NCBI GenBank assembly: GCA_963833985.1
Contig: CAWIAD010000002.1
Span: forward strand, 4,896,001 to 4,960,000
Source of the DNA: an uncultured Planctomycetaceae bacterium
GTDB lineage: Bacteria > Planctomycetota > Planctomycetia > Isosphaerales > Isosphaeraceae
DNA length: 64,000 nucleotides
Reading direction: 5' to 3'
The notes under the pieces were generated by a model. That model had not been told where the DNA came from. It ran no database searches and saw only the letters and a list, made by a program, of their open reading frames with translations. Both the position numbers and the translations under genes were made by a program. The stretch's first letter is position 1. The number at the start of each line of letters is the position of its first letter. Below are positions 21,703-33,108 of the stretch, piece after piece.

Positions 21703-21869
21703 CTCTTCATCTCTCGTGGGACACGCTTCCATTCGTGTCTCTTCATCTCTCGTGGGACACGCTTCCATTCGTGTCTCTTCGTTCCCACTGATACATTTTA
21801 TTTTAATCTTGATATTTACTATTGTTTGCATTTTTTTTCGTGACAAGATCGGAGTCTTGTCCCACGAGA
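21703..21869. repeat. 36-bp tandem repeat (x2) plus an inverted partner; REP-like
   Basis: ctcttcatctctcgtgggacacgcttccattcgtgt at 21703-21738 and 21739-21774; AT-rich spacer; gtcccacgaga (21859-21869) is the reverse complement of tctcgtgggac. Confidence 0.8.
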
Positions 21870-21996
21870 AGGGAAGCCAAGCCTCCCCTGGGCGTCGAGC
21901 CCAGTTCTCATGTGTCGCAGACCCGAACGGGTCGCGGCGTTGCGGCTGCGGAACGAGGGAATGCAGCGGAACACCGCGACCCCGGGGCGTTTCCGA

Positions 21997-22741
21997 TCAC
22001 TCCCGGCGCGCGGCCCAGCGGCATGCTGCGCACGAGGATCTCCCGGTAGCTGGGGTGATGCCACGCTCCCGCGTCGTGGCCCGCTTGAAAGTAGACGACA
22101 CGGCTCTTGCCGTACTCGGTCGTCCATGCGAACGGGGAGACGTTCTTGGGATTGCTGGCCTTCAGGAGCACGTGGACATCGCTCGAGACAAAGGTGTTGC
22201 CGTAAGCCTCGTCGTGGATCACGAAGCTGGTCAGCCCGCGCGTGATCGGGTGCTCCGTGTCGGCGACTTCGATGGCAATCTCCTGGCCGTGCTCGTACGT
22301 CGATGGCCCGTAATCGCGGCCGTCGATCGACTGCTTGCCGTTCAGCCAGGAGCCGCCGATGACCCGATGATACTCCGGCCAGCCGGGGCTGGCATTGAGA
22401 TTATGGTGCAGCGACACCAGCCCGATGCCGCGATCCAGCAATGCCAGGAAGTCCTGCTGCTGGGACGGAGTCAGCTCCTTGACCATGTCGTAGCAGACGA
22501 TGACGTCGTAGTCTTTCTCGAGTCCGGGCTTGAGCAGGCCCGCGGAGGCGGGCAAGGGCGCCCTGGTATACGAAACTCCGGGCAGCCCGTCCCACAGGGC
22601 AAAGAACTCTTTCTCTTGAAAGTCATGCCCGCCGTAGGTCAGCAGCACGCGCAGCTTCGTTCCGGGGGGCTCAGAACGCGCGGGGCTCCCTGCCAGCACG
22701 GCAACCAGGCAACCGAGCGCCACGATGGCCGATCGCTTCAT
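21997..22741 (-). CDS. ThuA-like (class I glutamine amidotransferase-like fold) secreted protein (1-bp indel near 22022)
   Basis: Signal peptide, VLLTYGGHD, GLVSLHH, HPITRGL, DEAY, YGKSRVVYFQAGHD; the alternative frame ends RWAARRE*. Confidence 0.82.
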
Positions 22742-22786
22742 CGAAGAAGGCTCCTTGTAGGTCGAAGGTCGTTTCCCGCCCCGGGG

Positions 22787-24043
22787 TCACAGCGTCCAGG
22801 GCGAGCGCAAGGGGCGGTGCATCATCCTGGCCGCCTCCGAGTCGCCCACGATGGTCTCGGACCGCGGGTCCCAGGTGATCTTGCGATCAAGCCGCACCGC
22901 GAGATCGCACATGTGGCTCATGAGGTCGCTACGGACCGCGTCGACCAGGGGGCTCACGGTCGCCCCGCGCGTCTTCACCGCGTCCACGAAGTTGTGGTAG
23001 TGGTTGGTGCTCTCGAGCACAGTCACCTTGCCGCCTTCGACCGTTGCGCCGAGCAGGGATTTCGGCTCAGCGTCCCAGTTCTCCCTCCAGATGCGGATCC
23101 AGCCCCTGGTGCCGATGAACTTCGTGGAATCCCGGCCCGGCTTGAACGTCATGCTCACTCCGCCGGTGAACTCGAATCGCATGTCCCAGTCATAAACCGT
23201 GTCATAGAGGCCGGAATCGGGCACCTTCCCCGTCCCCTCCACGCTCCAGGGGCCATCCAGGTCGACGCGGCTGCCCCAGACAAGGAGGTCCAGCGGATGC
23301 GCACCCCAGCCGGCCAGGTAGCCAATTGATTGGTCATAGATCCAGTAGGTGCCCTGGGGATGGCAGCGATCGGCGGTGAACGGCTTTTTCGGCGCGGGAC
23401 CAAGCCACATCTCGTAATCGAGGCCCGGCGGGACGGGGGCTTCCTGGGTGGAACCGCCGGTACCGCCATTGGGCGCTGTCACTTCGAGCGTCTTGAGGTC
23501 TCCAATGAATCCATTTCGCACCAGCCAGCATCCCAGCCGGCAATGGGCAGAGCTGCGCTGTTGCGTACCGTACTGGAAGACGCGGTTCTGCTGCTGAAAG
23601 ACTCTGCGGCAGAGCAGGTCCTGCTCGACACAGATGCCCAGCGGCTTCTCGACGTAGCAATCTTTCCCCGCCCGGGCGGCCATCAGGGCCACCGGCACAT
23701 GCCAGTGGTCGGGCGTGGCCACAATCACGGCGTCGATGTCCTTGCGCGCCAGGACCTCGCGGAAGTCGGCGTACGCCTTGCCCCCGCACTGCGCCGCACG
23801 CTGCGCCCGGCGCTCCGTGTAAGCATCGGCGCAGGCCACGCTCTGAACGTCCCGGAGCTTCTGGAACTGGGAAAACAGGTAGCTCCCCTGCCCTCCCACG
23901 CCGATGTGCCCCAGCGTGACGCGCTCGCTGGCCGCGGCGCGTGTGCGGGTGCCGAGGGCCGCACTGGTGATCACGGTGGGAAACGCCACCGCTCCGGCCG
24001 AGGTTTTCAAGAACCCACGTCGTGTCGGATGACTGGTTGTCAT
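22787..24043 (-). CDS. Gfo/Idh/MocA oxidoreductase with Tat signal
   Basis: TRRGFLK Tat motif, GVGGQG, ATPDHWH, EKP, QYGTQQRS. Confidence 0.92.
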   Translation of the reverse strand: MTTSHPTRRGFLKTSAGAVAFPTVITSAALGTRTRAAASERVTLGHIGVGGQGSYLFSQFQKLRDVQSVACADAYTERRAQRAAQCGGKAYADFREVLARKDIDAVIVATPDHWHVPVALMAARAGKDCYVEKPLGICVEQDLLCRRVFQQQNRVFQYGTQQRSSAHCRLGCWLVRNGFIGDLKTLEVTAPNGGTGGSTQEAPVPPGLDYEMWLGPAPKKPFTADRCHPQGTYWIYDQSIGYLAGWGAHPLDLLVWGSRVDLDGPWSVEGTGKVPDSGLYDTVYDWDMRFEFTGGVSMTFKPGRDSTKFIGTRGWIRIWRENWDAEPKSLLGATVEGGKVTVLESTNHYHNFVDAVKTRGATVSPLVDAVRSDLMSHMCDLAVRLDRKITWDPRSETIVGDSEAARMMHRPLRSPWTL

Positions 24044-24740
24044 CGTTCTCTCCGTTTAGAACAAGGTACTTCTTCGAATTCACGCACGACCACCTTTTAG
24101 CATTGCATGACCGAAGCGCGTGCTCAACCACCTGGTCCGCAGAGTACGGACGTGTTCAAAGCTTTAACCATTCTGCGCAGTCTGCTCGCGATCAGAGGGA
24201 TGTCCCCAATAGTGTTCCTACCTGCTCTCTGCCCATTTCCTCCACCCACTTGCAGATTTGTGTCCACGTGCGCAGAATGGCTTCAATGTGCCGATCAGGA
24301 TAGTACGAACTGTTGAAGTGTGGCGGGGCGAACGTAATGACTCCAGCCGAGCTCGCTGACTCAGCCCGACCCCAGCGAGGCTGCCACCATGTGCAGATTG
24401 TTCGTGACCCGGAACGATAACAGTGCCCGGTGCGAGGAGACTGCTCGGGTCGACGGGATGCCCGAGCATTCGCGACTTTGATCATTTTCCGGGATGCTGC
24501 CAATACCTCCCGCGGCATATGCCGAGCCTCCCTTCTGACCCGATCCGCGATTGGGTATTCCTATCCCTGATAGAGCCTGCTCAGGTCGACGACTGCGGGG
24601 TTTTTGAGCGTAGGTTCTGGCTGGCTCGCGAGCTGGAATCGCGATATTGAGTCCTTCTCGGTGTTGCCACTCCGCTCCGCACGTTCTACGGGAGCCTGAC
24701 CTGTACCGGGATGTCATCTCACCAACATCGGAAGTAGGCC

Positions 24741-24938
24741 ATGGATTTCATCGAGAGCATCTTTCACGTCTCGCCTGACGGCGGCAATGGGACCTTGGAA
24801 ACGGCTTTCCTGGTCATCAGTGCGACCGGCATCGTATTGATCGCTGTCGGTCGACAAATCTCTCATCTGTTGCGACGAAGTGTTGCCTCGGACTCGCCCC
24901 CTCCGGTGGCCGTGCAAGGTGCCGACGTGCCAGGATGA
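24741..24938 (+). CDS. Small single-TM membrane protein
   Basis: MDFIESIFHVSPDGGNGTLE followed by a hydrophobic helix. Confidence 0.65.
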   Translation: MDFIESIFHVSPDGGNGTLETAFLVISATGIVLIAVGRQISHLLRRSVASDSPPPVAVQGADVPG

Positions 24939-25058
24939 TCTCCACCTGGATTGTCTGAAGGACACGAAGCACTGCGGACCCCCTGGGTGCCAAAGGGGGC
25001 ACGCTGCTTTGGACGGAACGTCAGTGACCAAGGCCTCCACAACCAAGGAATCTACAGG

Positions 25059-25808
25059 ATGACCCAAGCAGACTTGCCGAGCGTCGTCGAAGGGGCGGGA
25101 TTCATCTTCCGAGGCCGAGTGGTCCCGGGGCGACGAGCACAGGTTCAGCTCCCGGCCGGCACCGCTCAAAAGGCCGTGACGGTCCTTGTCGAGGAGATCC
25201 TCCTGAGCACTGAAGCCCTGAGCAGCCTCGTCGGGCAGGAAGTGATTGTCATCAGCGAACAGGAGGCACTTCTCGACAAGGAGCCCTCCCTCCTGTTCTT
25301 TACCAGGTGCGTCGTCCTGGGCCAGCAGGTGATCGTGGAAGGAGTCGGCTATACTCAGTGGTCGCCCGACGCCGTGCGCCAGGTTGCTCAGCAGGTGAAA
25401 GCCGCTGGCGAGCGACCCCTGCAGGAACGCGTCGCGTCCGCAGCAATGATCGTCACTGGGACTGTGCTGAGTTGCGTCCCTGCTGGACCTCGTTCGAGGC
25501 CAGAATCCGAGCACGATCCGGACTGGTGGATTGGCCGCGTCAAGGTGCGGTCCATCATCAAAGGCTCACCGGGGGAAGCCGAGCTCGAGGTTCTGTTCGC
25601 CAACAGCACGGACATTGCCTGGTACAAGTCTCCCAAGTTGCGTGAAGGGGAGAGCAGGCTTCTGATCCTTCAGCACCTGGAGGCAAACGAGGCCCCACCC
25701 GAAGTAGCGCGGTCCATCTATCAGATCATCCACCCCCTCGACGCCCTTCCCGCCGAGCGGCTTCCCGAGGTGCAGCGCGCGCTCGAGCTTACGAAAGGGG
25801 GTCTCTAA
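25059..25808 (+). CDS. Hypothetical protein with two TIMP/NTR-like OB-fold repeats
   Basis: Repeated motif AGFIFRGRV / AAMIVTGTV, plus SEHDPDWW; ATG follows AAGGA; stop is 1 bp before the next ATG. Confidence 0.6.
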   Translation: MTQADLPSVVEGAGFIFRGRVVPGRRAQVQLPAGTAQKAVTVLVEEILLSTEALSSLVGQEVIVISEQEALLDKEPSLLFFTRCVVLGQQVIVEGVGYTQWSPDAVRQVAQQVKAAGERPLQERVASAAMIVTGTVLSCVPAGPRSRPESEHDPDWWIGRVKVRSIIKGSPGEAELEVLFANSTDIAWYKSPKLREGESRLLILQHLEANEAPPEVARSIYQIIHPLDALPAERLPEVQRALELTKGGL

Positions 25809-25809
25809 G

Positions 25810-28177
25810 ATGTCGGACCACATCAAGGTCGTCAATATGATTCCTATCAAGTCAAGCGCGGAGACGAACCAGGACAGCGAGCCCAATCTTGCCGTCAACC
25901 CCACCAATTCTCTGGAGATGGCTGCCACCTCGTTCACACCCAGCCCAAATGTGGGGAGCGCGAATTCGCCTATTTTTTACTCGAGTGACGGCGGGATCTT
26001 CTGGAGCCTTCTGGACATCATCAGCGGCACACCGGTCCGCGATCAGACACTGCGCTTCTCACCCAGCGGCACCCTTTATGCTGGAGTGCTTTGGGGCCCC
26101 GGGTCCTTCGCAACTATCAATTTCGATATATTGAGGACGAAAGACTTCTCCGGCCTGGTCCAGATGACGAGACTGGCGACGAGAGTGAACGATGATCAAC
26201 CTTTCATTCAGGTGGGCTTCGTGTCGCGCGGCCCAGGCGCGGGCAACGATCGCATCTACGTTGGCAGCAACGATCATGCGAACGCGAACATTCCGGCTAC
26301 CATCGACCTCTCGTTGGACGCGACGGCCTCTCCGGCCGTCACCAAGACCGTCGTGATCGAGAGTCGAACAGTAGGGCGCGACAGCCCTCAAACGAGGCCC
26401 GCCATCCACCCCGACGGAGTTATCTACGTCGTCTACTACGCATTGCTCAGCGGAACGTCATGTGACGTGGTCATTGTTCGCGACGACAACTGGGCCACAG
26501 AGCCGTCGCCGTTCAATGCCCTGCTTGATCTGCTCGATTTGCAACGCGGTGTTCGCATTGCAACAGGCATCAAGAATCCGTTCAATTCATCGACACCGAC
26601 GTACATCGGTCAGCAGAGAAGCGTGGGAGATCTCTCCATTGCGGTCGACTCAAGCAACAGCGCTACGGTCTACGTTTGCTGGGGCGATCTTCAGGCGGCG
26701 GGCACGTACACGCTCCACGTCGTGAAATCAACCGATTCGGGCGCCACATGGTCTGGAGACATCAGGACGGTCACGAATGCGACGAACCCTGCGCTGGCGA
26801 TCAACCATGTCGGTAGACTCGGCTTTCTCTACCAGCAGGTCACCGGTGCAGCGCCCAGTCAGCGCTGGCAGACCCGCCTCGAGTTGACGACCGACGACTT
26901 CGGTTCGTTCACGACTCATCTCCTCGCCAACACGCCGGCCGCCACGCCCGCGAAGGCCAGAGATCCGTACCTGGGCGACTACCTGTACATGATGACGGAT
27001 GGGAACTCCTTCTACGGGATTTTCAGTGCCAACAACACGCCCGACACAAACAACTTCCCAAGCGGCGTCGCTTATCAAAGGAACGCCGACTTCGCAACCC
27101 GGACGCTGCTCAACCTGGACTACAAGACTCCTGTCCCGGTCTCCATCGATCCCTTCTTTTTTGCAGTGTCCGACACGCCTGACAACGTCATTGCCGGAAT
27201 AGTCACCGATATCAATACCAACCCGCTAGACGATGCATCGATACTCATCAAAACAGCGGCTGGATCCACACTTCAACTGTCAACAGATGTCACAGGCCGC
27301 TATATTACCCCTATTCTGCCGCCAGGCCTCTACGACATCTCGGCGACGCGCAGTGATTTCCTAACGTCCGCGGCTGCCGTTACCGTGCTTGATGCGGTTT
27401 CCCTAACCCTTCAGAACTTCGTCCTTCTAAAAGCATTGCCATTCACTCTCACCGGCCAGGTCAGCGATACAACCGATGTTCCGATCAACGGCGCAATCGT
27501 GAGCGTGGCGGGCTTCACCGCACAGACCGATGCAACCGGACATTACGCTTTCAATGACATAGACCCCGGCCCATCCAGCGGCCTGTACGTTGTCGACGTG
27601 CGCGCACCAGGTTTTGTGTCGGCAAGTTTGACCTTGACCATACCCAACGGAGCGACTCTCGTCCGCGACTTTGTTCTGAAGAAACAGGGCGCTTTGACCG
27701 GCCATGTTATGGACTCGGGAGGCGTGTCGTTGGGTGGTGCTTCCGTGAGTCTCGGAACTCCCCATACTTTTACGGATGTCACCGGCTTCTACAGCTTCAT
27801 CTTGGACCCTGGACAATACGCGGAGACCGTAACTCTTAGGGGCTTTCGGCCGAGTATGGCCTCCGTCACCATACCGATCGGAGGCACAGTCCTTCAGAAT
27901 TTCACTCTCGTCAGGGCTGTGCCAGGCACGGTCACCGGAGAGGTGACCGATGACGGGGGAAGCCCATTATTCAATGCCAGTGTCGTCATCGCCGGATCAA
28001 CACCCACCAGAACCGATGTCAACGGCCATTACACACTGGCCAATCTCATTCCGGGGTCCTACAACATCGCGGCATCGAGGGGAGCTCGAGTATATCCCCG
28101 ACACTCAAACCGTAGTCGTTCTGGACGGCCAAACCACGGATTTGGACTTTGTCTTGGTATCCAGATCACGCAATTGA
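25810..28177 (+). CDS. BNR/sialidase-like beta-propeller protein with four carboxypeptidase-regulatory-like beta-sandwich repeats (frameshift near 28085)
   Basis: Asp-boxes SSDGGIFW and STDSGATW; four (I/L/V)xGxVxD...TDxxGxY repeats; the natural-looking C-terminus (YIPDTQTVVVLDGQTTDLDFVL) lies in ORF 27950-28177. Confidence 0.75.
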
Positions 28178-28235
28178 CTCGAGTCGCTTCCGGGGAGGGA
28201 AAGGGGTGGTCGCGGATTAGCACCTGGCAAGTACG

Positions 28236-30146
28236 GGTCGGGACGCACTCCCCGGCGGCGCCACAGCGCCGTCAGGCCCACGAGGATCGCCAGTGAGGCA
28301 CAACCCTCGGCCACGCGATCGGGTTCGGCCGCGGGGTCCCGCTCGTCGCGGAGGACGTCGAGGGCCGATCGGCCCAGCGTCGCGCGCGCGATGCGGTCGA
28401 GCCGCTCGCATTCCCCGAGGAATCCCGGCTCGGCCTCGATGAGCCAGGACGCCGCGCCGGCCGGGGCCGAGCCGGCGTCCGGATAGACGAACGCGAGGCT
28501 CGGAGGCTGTCGCCGCGGGCGATCGGACGGCCCCGCCTCGGGCCGGGCCGCGAGGTCCTCGAGCCCGGCGAGGAGCCCGGCGGCGTCGGTCACGACGAGG
28601 GCCCGGCGGGCCGGCAGGTGAGCCCGCCGACGCGCCGCGGTGACGCAGAGATCCCTCGCGCCTGCGCGTCGGGAGGCTGGTCGCGGACCATCTCGGCGAG
28701 CCGCGCGGCGAGGTTCCGAAGCGCGTCTGGCGTCGCGGCGGAGAGCGGCAGGATCCATGACCGGCGCGTCGCCAATACTCCCCGAAGCGGAGAGTCGTGC
28801 GCCTGGAGGACGGCATGCACATTCGCCCCGCCGAATCCGAAGCTGCTGATCCCGGCGATCCGCCTGCCGGCGCCGGCCGGCCAGGGGATTGGCTCCCGGC
28901 AGACGACGAGTCCGGCCGTGTCCCCGTCCGATTCGGTGATCGGCTCGTCCACGTGGAGGCTCGGCGCGATCGTCCGGTGTTGCAGGATCAGGCACGCCTT
29001 GATCAGTCCCGCGACGCCCGCCGCCGCCTCGGTATGGCCAAGGTTCGACTTCAGCGAGCCGAGGTAGCAGGGCCGGCCGGGCGGTCGGCCCCTGGACAGG
29101 ACCTCGCGGAGCGCCTGCAACTCGATCTGGTCGCCGAGCGGCGTGCCGGTCCCGTGTGCCTCGAAGTAGCCGACCTCCGCCGGGTCGACACCCGCCCCGC
29201 GGTAGGCCGCGCGGAGCAGGTCCACCTGGGCCCCGGCGCTGGGGGACATCAGCCCGTTGCTGCGGCCGTTGGTGTTGGCGGCCGTCGCCCGGATCAGGGC
29301 GATGACCTGATCGCCGTCCGCCTCGGCGTCGCCCAGCCGCTTGAGGACGACCAGCCCCGCCCCCTCGCCGCGGACGATCCCATCGGCGCGACGATCGAAC
29401 GCCCGGCATCGCCCCGTCGCGGAGAGCAGGCCGGCGCGTCGGTAGACGACATCATTGCGACGGAGCTGGATGAGCGAGACCCCGCCGGCGATCGCCAGCG
29501 AGCATTCGCCGATGCGCAGGCTCTGGGCCGCCATGTGGACGGCCATCAGCGACCCCGAGCACGCCGAGTCGATCGCCACGCTCGGCCCGCGCAGGTCGAG
29601 GACGTACGAGACCCGGTTGGCGATCACCGAGTCGGAGGCGCCCGTCCCGCTGAAGGCCCCGAGGAAGTCGGGGTCGGCGGGGATCGCCAGCTCGTAGTCG
29701 CCGTTCTGCGCGCCGACGAACACGCCGGTCGCGGTGCGCCTCAGCCGGTCGGGGGGGATCCCGGCCGATTCCAGGGCCTCCCAGGCCAGCTCCAGGACGA
29801 GCCGCTGCCGGGGGTCGACGTGCCGCGCCTCGCTCGGCGAGATGCCAAAAAACCGGGCGTCGAAGTGCTCCAGGTCGTCGAGGAAGCCGCCGGCATCGCC
29901 GCCGAGGGCGGGCCGCCGCCCGGGCGGCGGGGGACCTACGGCGCATCGGCCCCGGATCAAGAGGTCCCAGAGTGCCGCGACCGACGGCGCGCCGGGATAC
30001 CGGCAAGCCATGCCGACCACCGCGATCGGCTCGCTCTGGGCCCGCTCGTACGCGGCCAGGCGCGCCTTCAGCTCGCGGATCGCCTGAAGCGCCCGGAGCA
30101 TCGTCTCGTCGCTCGCCGCGCCACCGTTGTCATGGGGTCCGCTCAT
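28236..30146 (-). pseudogene. Type I PKS, KS plus partial AT, truncated (also 1-bp frameshift near 28653)
   Basis: N-terminal docking helix, EPIAVVGMACR, DSACSGS, HGTGT, KSNLGH, SSFGFGG; AT-like sequence stops at LWRRRGVRPD, before the GHSxG site. Confidence 0.85.
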
Positions 30147-33108
30147 AATCCGAGTTCATCCAGTTCGCTCAATAGCATCGCCTCGGCATCGCCCGGCGCG
30201 AGGGCGGGACCCGGCGGGGGCGGGCCGGTCCACTCGCCCGCGGCGACGTCGAGCGTCGCGGCAAGGTGGTCGGCGATGCGCTCAATCGTCGGGAAATCAA
30301 AGATCAGGGTCGACGCGAACAGCCGCCCGGTCCGTCGCTCCAGCCGGGTCTTCAGCTCCACCCCCATGAGCGAATCGAAGCCGAAGCGGCAGAACTCCAC
30401 GCCGGTCTTGACCTCGGACGGGTCGTCAAGGCCGAGCGTCCGGGCGACCTCATCGCGGACCAGGCCGACGATCGCGGCGCGACGTTCCTCACCCGGCAGC
30501 TCCCGCAGCCTCTCGCACCAGGACGACACCGCCGCGCCCGGGATGGCGGCATCGTCCGCGGAGGCGGCGGGCTCGTGCAGGCCCGGCCCCAGGCAAGCCA
30601 GGTCGATCACGATCTTGCCGACGTGCCGGGCCTGCGCCATGAACCGGAAGGCGTCGGCGACCCGATCGCCTGGGAAGCTCCGGACCGGGAGCGGAGGCAG
30701 CGACCCGTCGGCGACCGCCGCGAGCAGCTCGCCCAGCAGGCGCGGCAGCAGCCCGGGACGCTCCCGATCGACCTCGCGGAGGTCAAGGATCGTGTAGGCG
30801 ACATCGGGCCGGATCGCCGCGACCCGCTCCGGGGCCCAGGTCCCGACCTTGCCAATCTCGACGAATCGCCCGCCCTCGACAAGGAGTTCCAGGCTCCTCG
30901 GGATCATCTCGCCGGACAGGCTATTCAGAACGAGGTCGACTCCGCGGGCGCCGGCGGCGGCGCGGATCGCGGTGGCGAAGTCGGGCGATCGCGAGTCGGC
31001 CACGGCCGCCACGCCTCGCGATCGCAGCACATCCCATTTCCCGCGGCTCGCCGTCGCGTAGACCTCGGCCCCGGCGCGGGCCGCCAGGTTGACGGCCGCG
31101 AGCCCCACCCCGCCGGCCGCGGCGTGGATCAGGACGCGGTCGCCCCGACCAATCCGCCCGAGCTCGTGCAGGGCGCAGGACGCCGTGAGGTAGGCTATCG
31201 GCAGCGCGGCCCCGCCCTCGGCCGGCAGGGCCGCCGGCCGCGCCGCGACGTGGGACGCGCGGGCCAACACGTGCGAGCCGAGCCCGCCCTCGACCGGTCC
31301 GGCGACCACGGCATCGCCGACCGAGAAGCGGTCGCCCCCCGCCCCGACTGCCACGACCCGCCCCGCCACCTCAAACCCGTACGGCCAACTCGACGGCGCC
31401 TCGAGCACCCCCAGCGCGAGCAGGACGTCGCGGAAGTTCAGCCCGGCCGCGTCGACCGCGATCTCGACCTCGCCGGGCCCGGGCGCGCGTCGCGGGTGTG
31501 GGACGAAGGCCAGCCGCTCCAGCGTGCCAGGCGCGGCACTGGTCAGCCGGAGCGACGACCCAGATCCCCGGCCTTCGGACGGCCCGTCGGGAATCCAGAT
31601 GCCACGACGCCGGGACAAATCGACAAATCGGCAGGTGGCGCCAGCTTCTCGCCGCGGAGGACCCGCTTCAGGACCTTTCCCGTCGGGCCCCTGGGGAGCG
31701 ATTCGGCGAACTCGATCTGCCCGGGGACCTTGTTCGGAGCCAGCGACCCCCGGCAGTGAGCCACCAGCTCCGACGCCGTGACTCGCGCGCCGGGCGTGGT
31801 CACGACCCGGGCGGCCACGACCTCGCCGAGGAGCTCGTCGGGGATCCCGAACACGGCGGCCTCCGCCACGCAGGGGTGCCGGCCCAGGACGCCCTCGATC
31901 TCGGCGGGGTACGCCTTCAACCCCCCGGTGTTGATCATGTCCTTGACGCGATCCAGCAAGTAGAAGTAACCCTCCTCGTCGCGTGTCCCGATATCGCCGG
32001 TATGGAACCAGCCGTCGCGGATCGCCTCGCATGTCGCCTCCGCCCGGCCCCAGTAGCCGAGCATCTCGTTCGGGCCGCGGATCGCGATCTCGCCCACCTC
32101 TCCGGCCGCAAGTTCCGCGCCGGTCTCGCATGAGACGACCTTCATCGCGACCCCCTCGATGGGCGTGCCGATCGAGCCGGGCCGGTAGCGGTCGCGATGG
32201 TTGTAGGACGCGAACGGCGAGGTCTCCGTCAGGCCATAACCCTGGTTGATCGGCCGGCCGAACTTCGAGAGCCAGCCATCCTCGACCGGCCGGGGCAAGG
32301 GCGAGGCTGCCGAGAAGAAGAGCCGGACGCCCGGGAACGCTCCCGGATCGGCAGCATCGAGCAAGATCCGGAAAACGGGGGGGACCGCGAACACCATCGT
32401 CACGCCGTCGTTGACGATCGATCGGAGGACCTCCCCGGGATCGAACGCCCGGTGCAGGACGATTGCGGCCCCCGCCTGGAGGGCCGCGTTGAGCACCGCG
32501 TTCTGTCCGAAGCAGTGGAACAGCGGCAGGAACAGGAGCAGCCGGTCGTCGGGGTGAATCCCCAGGTGGCTCCGTTTCGACAGCGAATTGAAGAGGACGT
32601 TCGCGTGGGAGAGGGTCGCTCCCATGGGGTGCCCCGTCGTGCCCGAGGTGTAGACGATGGCCGCGGGGTGGTCCGGAGGGACGTCAACCACCGGATGCGT
32701 CGCGATCGCCGGAGCAGGCCATCCGTCGCCGAGGCCGACGACGACCGGCGGGTCCGGCCTGCCACCAATGCCGGCTGCGACCGCCTCCGGGCGGAGCGTG
32801 AGGACCACCTTCGCGCCGCAGTCGCGGACGACGAAGGCGAGCTCCTCGGCCGTCAGGCGAGGGTTGGCCGAGACGGCGATCGCGCCGAGCCGGACCGTGC
32901 CGAGGTAGCCCTCGATGAATTCAGGTACGTTCGGCAAGGACAGCACGACGCGGTCGCCCGTGCCGACGCCGAGCGCCGCCAGCCCGGCCGCAACGGCCCC
33001 GGACCGGCGGTCGAGCGTGGCCCGGTCCAGAGAACGGCCCTCGAAGACCAGGCTCGTGTCCCGTGGCGCCCGGCATTCCGGGCCCTCCGGGAGTCTTCCG
33101 ATGTTCAT
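30143..33108 (-). pseudogene. PKS loading module: acyl-AMP/CoA ligase - enoylreductase - ACP, interrupted by an 8-bp duplication
   Basis: A domain (YTSGTTG, GYGLTE, FHTGD, PTGKVLK), ER (GLNFRDVL, HAAAGGVG, HVGKIV), ACP (GFDSLM); removing one acaaatcg copy at 31615-31630 gives a single 985-aa ORF. Confidence 0.8.

Noticed and set aside
21703..21780. 36-bp repeats as a CRISPR array
   Set aside because: The two copies are directly adjacent with no spacer, and no cas genes are present.
24044..24740. Short ORFs or IS remnant at the left island edge
   Set aside because: No transposase motifs or paired terminal repeats could be supported.
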